Under the pieces are notes generated by a model. That model searched no databases, was not told the origin of the DNA, and saw only the letters and a program-made list of their open reading frames with translations. 64,000 nt of DNA from Bacteroidota bacterium (GTDB taxonomy: Bacteria; Bacteroidota; Bacteroidia; Bacteroidales; F082), in contig JAHIUX010000008.1 of NCBI GenBank assembly GCA_018816765.1, positions 49,964 through 113,963 of the forward strand, given 5' to 3'. This document shows positions 56,161 through 64,000 of this stretch, one piece after another. The position numbers and the translations under genes were made by a program. Position 1 is the first letter of the stretch; each line of letters opens with the position of its first letter.

Positions 56161-57621
56161 TTAATACCCTGGATTTTGTACCAGTTTGGTATTGTTGTCT
56201 AGTTCTGTTTGTGGAATGGGCCACACAAGCCTGTTTTCGGAAAGGGTATATCCAAAAATATTGCCATCAGGTCCGGTTGTCGCATTAATAACCGTGATTG
56301 CCCTGTTGGTCCGCTTGAGGTCGAACCAGCGGTGGCCTTCGAAAGCCAGCTCCAGCCGGCGTTCTTTTTCAATGGCAAGCTTCATGGTTTCAGTTGTTGC
56401 GGCCTGTGTTGCAGGCAGATTCACCCTCGAGCGAACCTGATTCACCAGCGTTGCAGCGCCCGAAACATCACCACTTGCATTTAAGGCCTCTGCCTTTAGT
56501 AGCATAATATCGGCAAGCCTGATCAGGATGTAGTTTTGAGGGCTGTTATTGGTAAAAATACGGTATTTGTTCACAAAGGGGAAATTCGTTTGAGGCCAGT
56601 AAGGATCTGTCCATTTGCCCGACACATCGAGGTAGATGATTGAGGCTTCTTTTCTGATCACATCCTGTTCATTATCGAAGGCCCTTACAAGGTCGTTCGA
56701 AGGGGTGTTGAACTTTTTCCAGTCGAGGCCCCTGAACATGCTTGCTCCCCAGTTTCCACTGGCGCTGGTGCCTTCGTAATTGATTTCAAAAACCGACTCG
56801 GCACAGTTTTCATTCTCGTTGTTCCATAAATCATCATAGTTTGGCATCAGGCTGTAGCCTCCGGCAATAACGGCGTCGCAATACTGATTCACTTTGTCCC
56901 AGTTGACGGGCTGAACAGTAGCATACACCTTTGCCAGCATTGCATTGGCTGCACCTTTGGTGGCATAGCCTTTGTCGGGCTGAACCGTTTTAACATTTTC
57001 GGCAGCCAGCTGAAGGTCGGCAATAATCTGGTCATACACTTCTGCCTTGGGCGCCCTTGGCGGAAACATAATCGGGAACAACTCAGGCAGTAACTCAACA
57101 CTGATGGTGGTCACTTCGGTTAACTGAAGTGGCACATCGCCCCAAAGTTGCACCAGCTGGAAGTACATAAACGCCCTGATGAAAGCAGCTTCACCCTTGA
57201 TTTCCTTCTTGCGGCCCTCAGATAGTTCAGGTACGGCTTCCACATTATTGTACACGGCATTGGCTTTCCCGATGGTGGCATACAGGTAAGCCCAGTCGCG
57301 GCTTACATTGCTGTTGGTGGCATCAATGCTGTATTCATCTATCTGGAAGTTTGCAGGATTGTCGGCGCCGGCATAGGCGTCATCCGATTGCGCGTCGCCA
57401 TTGACAAAATAGTCCAGCGAATAATACTCATTCCTGAAGTCGGCATAGGCGCCGGCAAGTGCAGCTTCAACTTCGGCAGGTGTTTTGTAAAGCAGTGAAT
57501 CAGCTGAAGTGTTACTGATGGCAATGCTTTGTGAACTTGGCTGGATGTCGAGGTAATCTTTACAGGCGTGCATAAGGAGCACTGCTGGCATGATGATGAG
57601 GAGATATTTTAGCGTTTTCAT
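56161..57621 (-). CDS. susD: SusD/RagB-family nutrient-binding outer-membrane lipoprotein
   Basis: Lipoprotein signal (AVLLMHAC). TPR-like helical N-half, ERRLELAFEGHRWFDLKR signature. Immediately downstream of SusC. Confidence 0.9.
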   Translation of the reverse strand: MKTLKYLLIIMPAVLLMHACKDYLDIQPSSQSIAISNTSADSLLYKTPAEVEAALAGAYADFRNEYYSLDYFVNGDAQSDDAYAGADNPANFQIDEYSIDATNSNVSRDWAYLYATIGKANAVYNNVEAVPELSEGRKKEIKGEAAFIRAFMYFQLVQLWGDVPLQLTEVTTISVELLPELFPIMFPPRAPKAEVYDQIIADLQLAAENVKTVQPDKGYATKGAANAMLAKVYATVQPVNWDKVNQYCDAVIAGGYSLMPNYDDLWNNENENCAESVFEINYEGTSASGNWGASMFRGLDWKKFNTPSNDLVRAFDNEQDVIRKEASIIYLDVSGKWTDPYWPQTNFPFVNKYRIFTNNSPQNYILIRLADIMLLKAEALNASGDVSGAATLVNQVRSRVNLPATQAATTETMKLAIEKERRLELAFEGHRWFDLKRTNRAITVINATTGPDGNIFGYTLSENRLVWPIPQTELDNNTKLVQNPGY

Positions 57622-57633
57622 GGTTGTAATAAT

Positions 57634-60564
57634 TTAAAATTCAACATTCAGGCCCACAATGATCGATCGTGACTGAGGGTAGGTCCCATAATCGATTCCC
57701 ATCTCAGTTGCGCTGTTATTAAACGCATTTACTTCGGGGTCGAATCCGCTGTATTTTGTGAATGTCAGCAGGTTACGTCCGGTAACATAAACCGAAAGGT
57801 TCTGGATGGCCTTGAATTTCGGATTGTGATCAAGCACCTTATACGAAAGCGTCACGGATTTAAGTCGGATATAGGAACCATCTTCCACAAAGCGGGTTGA
57901 GTTGCGCACATTATTTACATTACCACCGCCAACAGCCCTCGGGATGTCGGTGATTTGGCCGGGAGTTGTCCACCGCCTTAGCACATCAACGGATTGGTTT
58001 TTACTGTCAAACATTCCTTCAAGGTCGATGCGGGTGGCATTATAGATGTCGTTCCCATAACTTCCCTGGAAGAAAATATTGAAATCAAAACGCTTATAGG
58101 TCAATGTATTGGTGAACCCAAAGGTAAAATCAGGTTGTGCATTACCAATCACAGTGCGGTCGCCGGTGTCGAAGATTCCATTGTTGTTCAGGTCTTTGTA
58201 TTTGATATCGCCTGTTTGAGGGTCAACGCCTTCGGAAACATAGCCGTAAAATGAGCCTAGCGGCAAGCCAACCTTAACGATGGAAACATCCTGGTTGTTG
58301 CTGTAAACACGGCCGTAAAAATACACATCAGTATATTCAAGCCTGGTGACCTTGTTTTTGTTGAACGACATATTGAAATCGGAAGTCCATTTAACTGCAT
58401 TAACCAGGTTCACTGTATTGAGGTTAAATTCAAAACCTTTGTTTTCAATACTTCCGTTATTGGTTTGAATGGTGGTGATGGGCAGCGAATTGGACAACTG
58501 AACATTGAGCAAAACATCGTCTGTTTTCTTCACGTAAGCATCCACATTCAGTGTAACCCGGTAATTCAGCATCGACAGATCGAAACCTATATTGGTCTGG
58601 TTGGTTGTTTCCCAACGCAGGTCGGGATTGCCATAGGTCACCTGCACAGAAGATGGACCTGACAACGGGTTTGTGACGGGCCTGCGGTAATAATTAACCA
58701 AGCCATAGCGGGCATAATTGGGAATGCCTTCCTGGTTGCCATTTTTGCCCCATCCACCGCGCAGTTTAAGGTCGGAAATGAAGTCGAGTCCCTGCATAAA
58801 CGATTCTGACGAAATGCGCCATCCTGCAGAAAATGAGGGCATGGTTCCCCAGTGATGGGCAAGTTTGGATGAGCCATCACGGCGCAATGTTCCAGTGAAA
58901 TAATATTTGCTGTTGAAATCGTAGGTTACCCTGCCGAAGAACGAAGCCAGCGCCCACTCTTCAACCCAGGTACTTGCCGAAATGATATTTGCGGCATTAA
59001 GGGTAGTTACATTGATATCAGTAGGGTAGTCGGAGCCTTCAATATAGGAGTTGTTGCTCTTGTATTTCTGGGTGCTGTTTCCGGCCATGGCCGAGAAGTT
59101 ATGGAGACCTGCTTTTTTAATATAATTCAGTGTGTTCTCCCACAAAACCGTGTTACTGTTGGTTTTGTCGGCCCTGCCGATGCCGTTGTTGTTGCGGCCA
59201 TAGTTGGTGCGGAACGGATCGAGGTAATAGTCCCACTGGTGTTGGTTCAGGTCGATACCGAGGCGAGATGTAAATGTAAGTCCTTTGGTTAGGGTAATAT
59301 CAGTAAAAACATTGCCAAACAGATGGTTGTCAGTGGCTTCCTGGTCAGGTCCTTCCATATAGGCAACAGGGTTTTCCCATGAAGGCTGGAAAGGGTTTGG
59401 ATCGAATTGTCCGCTGCCATCTTTTTTATAAATACCCAGGAAAGGGGGAGTATTGAGGGCACTCATGATGACGCCTCCACGTCCTGAACTGGCATTGTCG
59501 GGTGTGTCTTTGGTTTTCAGGTGCAGTACGTTAATGCTTGTCCCTACCTTCAGCCACGATTTAAGGTCGTTGTCGATATTCAATCTGACTGAATAGCGGT
59601 CGAAACGTGCAGGCTTAACAATGCCCTGGTCGCTCAGGTAGCCGAACGAAAGGTATTGGCTTGATCTTTCGGTGCCTCCCCTGTATGACAGCTGATACGA
59701 CTGGGTGTTCCCGGTTCCGAAAACAATATCGCTCCAGTTGTTGAATGCTGTCTGGGTTGGATCAAGTCCTCCGGGTATAATTTCTTCCATGAGGTCGCGG
59801 TACTTTTTCGTATTCAGCACCTCAATGGTTTTACGCAGGTTCGAAACGCCATAGTAGGAGCTGAAGCTAATTTTCGGATCATTCTTCAGGCCTCTTTTAG
59901 TGGTGATGATCACGACACCGTTTGCGGCCCGTGCTCCATAGATGGCTGACGATGATGCGTCTTTTAATACACTCATCGAAGTGATGTCGGTTGGGTTAAT
60001 GCCCCTGATATCGGTTGTTGGAACACCATCTACAACATATAATGGCTCGTTGCCGGCGATCACTGAGGTTGCACCACGCACCCTGACAGAAAGCTCTGAA
60101 CCAGGCTTTCCTGATGGCTGAACAACCTGAACGCCTGCGGCTTTGCCTTGCAAGGCTTCAACAGCCGACGACAGTGGCCTGTCTTTGATTGATTTTTCAT
60201 CGACAACAGAAACGGCTGTCGTTAAGTCTTTTTTCTTTTGTGTGCCGTAACCGATAACAACAACCTCGCTCAACAGCTCGGTGTCTTCCAGCATGACAAC
60301 ATCAATTTGGTTGCGCCCTTTTGGTTCGATAACCTGGTCAACGAATCCGATGAAACTGAAGGCGAGTGATTCGTTGCCGACATTGATTTGGTATTTACCA
60401 TCAATATCGGTGATTGTTCCGATGGTTGTTCCGACAAGTTGAATAGATACTCCGGGCATTGGCATGCCTGCTGCATCGGTAACCCTGCCGGTGATAACCT
60501 TGGTCTGTGCGAAAACCGACACAGAAAGCAGGATCAGTAACATTGTGGTGTAAAGTTTAGACAT
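57634..60564 (-). CDS. susC: SusC/RagA-family TonB-dependent outer-membrane transporter
   Basis: Start at MSKLYTTMLLILLSVSVFAQ. Carboxypeptidase-regulatory-like domain (ITGRVTDAAGMPMPGVSIQ), plug (VVVIGYGTQKKKDLT), C-terminal ...IVGLNVEF. Confidence 0.94.
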   Translation of the reverse strand: MSKLYTTMLLILLSVSVFAQTKVITGRVTDAAGMPMPGVSIQLVGTTIGTITDIDGKYQINVGNESLAFSFIGFVDQVIEPKGRNQIDVVMLEDTELLSEVVVIGYGTQKKKDLTTAVSVVDEKSIKDRPLSSAVEALQGKAAGVQVVQPSGKPGSELSVRVRGATSVIAGNEPLYVVDGVPTTDIRGINPTDITSMSVLKDASSSAIYGARAANGVVIITTKRGLKNDPKISFSSYYGVSNLRKTIEVLNTKKYRDLMEEIIPGGLDPTQTAFNNWSDIVFGTGNTQSYQLSYRGGTERSSQYLSFGYLSDQGIVKPARFDRYSVRLNIDNDLKSWLKVGTSINVLHLKTKDTPDNASSGRGGVIMSALNTPPFLGIYKKDGSGQFDPNPFQPSWENPVAYMEGPDQEATDNHLFGNVFTDITLTKGLTFTSRLGIDLNQHQWDYYLDPFRTNYGRNNNGIGRADKTNSNTVLWENTLNYIKKAGLHNFSAMAGNSTQKYKSNNSYIEGSDYPTDINVTTLNAANIISASTWVEEWALASFFGRVTYDFNSKYYFTGTLRRDGSSKLAHHWGTMPSFSAGWRISSESFMQGLDFISDLKLRGGWGKNGNQEGIPNYARYGLVNYYRRPVTNPLSGPSSVQVTYGNPDLRWETTNQTNIGFDLSMLNYRVTLNVDAYVKKTDDVLLNVQLSNSLPITTIQTNNGSIENKGFEFNLNTVNLVNAVKWTSDFNMSFNKNKVTRLEYTDVYFYGRVYSNNQDVSIVKVGLPLGSFYGYVSEGVDPQTGDIKYKDLNNNGIFDTGDRTVIGNAQPDFTFGFTNTLTYKRFDFNIFFQGSYGNDIYNATRIDLEGMFDSKNQSVDVLRRWTTPGQITDIPRAVGGGNVNNVRNSTRFVEDGSYIRLKSVTLSYKVLDHNPKFKAIQNLSVYVTGRNLLTFTKYSGFDPEVNAFNNSATEMGIDYGTYPQSRSIIVGLNVEF

Positions 60565-60723
60565 CTTGGCTTTGGTGTTTAACAAAATGGCAATAAAAGC
60601 GGTGGTTAAAAAGTAATATCTCAAAGAAGTTTAACTGACAATAAGAAAGAAAATCATTATTCGTGAAAAATCAGGAATGGGCACTCATCGCCCATTCCTG
60701 ATTTGAAATTGATATCCAGAAGT

Positions 60724-62487
60724 TTATCTGACCGGACGCTCAAGAATAGCTGACCAGGCCGATGTTCCGCTATGATCTGCTGTAAGGTCAACAGAAACAA
60801 ACAAATATTCCATGGTTGAGCCTTTGGCATAAGCCATAACTTCATACCTGTTTGTAGCATTGCCACCATTAGGAGCGATTGAGTTATCCGTATTTTCACC
60901 ACCGTAGTAACCTTTGTAGAAGCCGATAAAGGCAGCACGATCGGTACCGTTGGTTAAAATGATGACAGGACGGTCAGTTCCATTGGCAGGTGTAAAGGTG
61001 TAGCTGTGGGTGCCAGAACCAAAGAATGATCCATTGCCGCTGGCAGCGATTTCTGCATCAGAGATACAGCCGTTGGTGCCGCCGAAATATCCGTCGTTGC
61101 GTGCCGAACCTTTGGTGTCGTATGTAAATACACCACCAGCACTGAAGGTGAATTCGTCATCGGGCATACATGACCAGTCTTCTGTGCCAGTCGATGATCC
61201 ATCTAGGAATGCCAATGGTACTGACCACCAGTTGCTGTGTCCCATGCCATCACCAACAAATACTGATTTTTCTGCGACCCTTACGCGCCATGCACCACCC
61301 TGGAGCAGTTCATCTGTGAGGACTGTTGACGAGATAAATGCTGATTGAACTGTTGTGCTGGAGCCAAGGTCGTTAGTAGCTGTGAGGCTGATCGAGAATA
61401 AGCCTTCTTCGGCATAGGTATGGGTTGGGTTTTGTTCGGTTGAGGTAGCGCCATCGCCAAAATCCCACAGGTATGAAGTAGCATACAAGGAGGTGTTAGC
61501 AAATGTAGCTGTCAAGCCTTCAACGGTATAGGTGAAAGAAGCTGAAGGTTGGTTGCCGGGAATTGGAGGTTCGTCGTTCGGGTTGTCGTAATGTACAAGG
61601 ACAAAACGCCAGTATCCGCCTGATTGTGCCGGATCCCAACGATAAAGGCCTTCCAGAACCAGGGTGTCAACATCACCATCGGTGAGTTTCAACACATTGT
61701 AGGTAACTGATTCCTGAGGAACTTTAACTTCAGTGCCATTGCCAAGCTTGCTGATGCCGACATAGGCACCTAGGCCAATGGCTTTAAGTGTTGTTGTTGT
61801 GCCAGGTGTGAGTTCGAAGGTGTGGTTGCCATCGCCCCATGCTGACAGGTCGTCACCATCAACGCCAACCATATGGTCAGTGGTTGCGCAGGTGTTTGCT
61901 GGATCGTAAACGCCACCTTCGGCCCAATAGTCGCCATTGGTGTTGAATACCATGCTTCCGTCGCGGCCAAATGTCCACTCATCATTGAGAATACAAGGAC
62001 GCAATGCAAGTTCGTCGTTGTTCAGACCCATTGCCCACCAGATTTGTGAGTAATCTTCTGGTCCAACTTCGAGTGGGTAGCGGCCTGTGCTTACATCGCG
62101 GAGAAGTTTCCATGTTTTTGATGTTTCGCCAACGAGTTTTGTTAATTCTTCGTTAGGATCGGCAATGGTAACTTTTGATGTAAAAACGTCGGTAAGTTTA
62201 CCATCAAGTGAAGTTGCGGTTAAGGCAACAGTGAATTCCCCAACACCGGCGTAAGTATGCACTGGGTTGGCTTCGGTAACGGCGGCTGAATTGTCACCAA
62301 AATTCCACGACAAAGCCGAAAAATTCTGTGATTCATTCGTAAAGGTGACTTTCTTGAAGTCAGTGGCGTCGACAGCAAATGTAAAGCTGGCGATAACCTC
62401 TGGTTGGGGGTCATCCTTCTTACAGGAAGTAAGGAACGTAAACAGCACCAGGAAAAATGCGGCGCTAATTCTAACTGTTTTTTTCAT
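60724..62487 (-). CDS. surface lipoprotein with two [PKD domain + about 200-aa glycan-binding-like domain] modules
   Basis: Lipoprotein signal (FTFLTSC). Two PKD signatures (WNFGDNSA...NPVHTYAGVGEFTVALTAT and WDFGDGATS...NPTHTYAEEGLFSISLTAT). Each is followed by a homologous domain (C..NDEWTFGRDG / C.PDDEFTFSAGG). Confidence 0.75.
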   Translation of the reverse strand: MKKTVRISAAFFLVLFTFLTSCKKDDPQPEVIASFTFAVDATDFKKVTFTNESQNFSALSWNFGDNSAAVTEANPVHTYAGVGEFTVALTATSLDGKLTDVFTSKVTIADPNEELTKLVGETSKTWKLLRDVSTGRYPLEVGPEDYSQIWWAMGLNNDELALRPCILNDEWTFGRDGSMVFNTNGDYWAEGGVYDPANTCATTDHMVGVDGDDLSAWGDGNHTFELTPGTTTTLKAIGLGAYVGISKLGNGTEVKVPQESVTYNVLKLTDGDVDTLVLEGLYRWDPAQSGGYWRFVLVHYDNPNDEPPIPGNQPSASFTYTVEGLTATFANTSLYATSYLWDFGDGATSTEQNPTHTYAEEGLFSISLTATNDLGSSTTVQSAFISSTVLTDELLQGGAWRVRVAEKSVFVGDGMGHSNWWSVPLAFLDGSSTGTEDWSCMPDDEFTFSAGGVFTYDTKGSARNDGYFGGTNGCISDAEIAASGNGSFFGSGTHSYTFTPANGTDRPVIILTNGTDRAAFIGFYKGYYGGENTDNSIAPNGGNATNRYEVMAYAKGSTMEYLFVSVDLTADHSGTSAWSAILERPVR

Positions 62488-62644
62488 GACAATGAATTAA
62501 TTAATGAATAAAAATGGTTATTTAAAGGGTAATTGAGTAATTACTTGATCTTTGGTCAAAGGGTGACAATATCTCTTTCAGGAGCTGTCGCAGAAGCCCT
62601 GTTTGTATGTGCTGTGTTTTTTATGTTTCATTTCTTTTCAGGTT

Positions 62645-64000
62645 TTAAAGCGCTGGCGGAGAAACAACATTGGTTTGGTCCACCTGAATGTTGGTTTGCA
62701 ATGTTCCTACGTGTAATTGAAATGCTCCTTTTTCAACAAGCCATTGATTATCAGTTCCCACAAATGCCAGTGCGTTAACCGGAACTTCAAAGGTAATCAA
62801 TTTATTTTCACCGGGCAATAGCATTGTTTTATTAAATGCACGCAAGCGTTTCACAGAGGGTGTTACTGATGCAACCTTATCGGAAATGTATAACTGAATC
62901 ACTTCTTTTCCGGCTATGGCTGAGGTGTTTCTGATGCTTACTTCCAACTTGATTGTTTCTCCGGGCAGATAGTTGGTTTTATCGGTTTTCAGTCCTGAAT
63001 ACTCAAACTGTGCATAGCTAAGTCCGTAGCCAAAAGGATACTGTGGATTGTACTGCGTTCCGGTAGGTGAACCTGCAATTTCGAGTTCTTCGGCATGCTT
63101 GTGATAATAAGGTTCGAGGCTGTTTGGAAACCTTGGGTAGGCATAGGGTAATTTTCCTGATGGATTTTCGATACCGAACAGGATTTTTGCCACTGCTTCG
63201 CCACCATAGTTGCTGGTGAGGTAGGCATGCAAAATTGCCGATGCCACAGGCTCTATTTTGCTGATTACCCTTGGCCTGCCTTCGACCAGAACCAGGACAA
63301 CGGGTTTGCCTGTTTTGGCAGCCAATTTTACCAGTTCCTGCTGGTTTTCGCTGAGGTAAAGGTCTTCGAGGTCACCTGGTTTTTCGGTGTATGAATTCTC
63401 TCCGATGCACAGTACAACAACATCTGACTGGGCTGCTTTCCTGGCAAACAGGTTCAAGTCACCCACAATTTCGTCGCGGTAATCGTTGGTTGCGGCATAG
63501 GTGATGCCCTCGAAAAGCTGCACCTGATCAGGGTTTGATGCATTGTCGCGGATGGCTTCATAAATGGTCTGGTATCGTTCGGTAAATTCGTCGGCGAGTT
63601 CACCCTGCCACGAATAGCTCCAGCCGCCATTGAGTGCACGCATACTGTTTGCTGCCGGACCACCTACAAGAATGCGCAGGTTTTTGGCCAGGGGCAGCAT
63701 ATTGTCTTGATTTTTAAGTAAGGTAACCGATTCAAGCGCTGTTTTGCGGGCCGATTCGGCAAATTTCTCTGAACCGAAATCAGGATAATCTTCCAGCTTT
63801 GTGTATGGTTTATCGAACAAACCGAGCAGAAACTTAACCCTCAGGATGCGGGTTACAGCATCGTCGATCCTATCCATCGGAACTTCACCGGCTTTAACCA
63901 GCTCAACGAGGTATTTTGCAAACTCGAAGTTATACGGAACCATCGACATGTCGATACCGGCATTGATGGCCATTTTCACAGCTTCTTTCTGCGATTCAGC
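62645..64000 (-). CDS. glycoside hydrolase family 3 beta-glucosidase, 5'-truncated by the window edge
   Basis: INAGIDMSMVP, DDAVTRILRVKFLLGLFDKPY, and C-terminal alpha/beta and Fn3-like domains (VVLVLVEGRP, FGYGLSY). The reading frame stays open to position 64000, so the N-terminal catalytic part lies outside the window. Confidence 0.85.
   Translation of the reverse strand, partial: AESQKEAVKMAINAGIDMSMVPYNFEFAKYLVELVKAGEVPMDRIDDAVTRILRVKFLLGLFDKPYTKLEDYPDFGSEKFAESARKTALESVTLLKNQDNMLPLAKNLRILVGGPAANSMRALNGGWSYSWQGELADEFTERYQTIYEAIRDNASNPDQVQLFEGITYAATNDYRDEIVGDLNLFARKAAQSDVVVLCIGENSYTEKPGDLEDLYLSENQQELVKLAAKTGKPVVLVLVEGRPRVISKIEPVASAILHAYLTSNYGGEAVAKILFGIENPSGKLPYAYPRFPNSLEPYYHKHAEELEIAGSPTGTQYNPQYPFGYGLSYAQFEYSGLKTDKTNYLPGETIKLEVSIRNTSAIAGKEVIQLYISDKVASVTPSVKRLRAFNKTMLLPGENKLITFEVPVNALAFVGTDNQWLVEKGAFQLHVGTLQTNIQVDQTNVVSPPAL

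Noticed and set aside
1-64000. Search for tRNA, rRNA, CRISPR arrays, transposases, integrases and phage genes
   Set aside because: I saw no cloverleaf-type conserved T-arm sequences in intergenic regions, no regularly spaced repeats of three or more copies, and no ORF with recombinase or transposase motifs. The window appears to be core chromosome.

Overview
This 64-kb window looks like a core chromosomal segment of a Bacteroidota genome, probably an anaerobe or facultative anaerobe. The taxonomic cues are a SusC/SusD pair, a T9SS C-terminal sorting domain, lipoprotein signal peptides, TAnnTTTG -7 promoter boxes close to many starts, and no Shine-Dalgarno sequences. I support about 57 CDS. 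I found no tRNA or rRNA genes, no CRISPR array, and no transposase, integrase or phage genes. All product calls come from reading motifs in the supplied translations; no homology search was run.

Content, in order:
- An ECF sigma, putative anti-sigma and two beta-helix-repeat envelope proteins (0.1-3.2 kb).
- A tight four-gene operon of lysine 2,3-aminomutase, two D-Ala-D-Ala-ligase-like ATP-grasp enzymes and a GNAT (4.36-8.13 kb). This is my best candidate for an undescribed system: a beta-lysine-derived, possibly acetylated, peptide or solute pathway.
- yggS and an LTA-synthase/sulfatase-family protein.
- A TetR regulator, SDR and MBL hydrolase unit with a shared operator-like palindrome.
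- Housekeeping genes: ffh, folD, queE, cca-like, miaA, speA, lgt, suhB and a DEAD-box helicase.
- An outer-membrane barrel coupled to a secreted FMN-binding protein that carries a flavinylation motif.
- A complete hypABCDEF NiFe-hydrogenase maturation set split over three loci, with no hydrogenase structural genes in the window.
- rex, with Rex-box-like palindromes in front of rex itself and of carbamate kinase.
- A predicted beta-glucan utilisation locus at the 3' end: GH3 (truncated by the window edge), a tandem PKD lipoprotein, SusC, SusD and GH30.

Most other ORFs in the six-frame track are antisense shadows of these genes.
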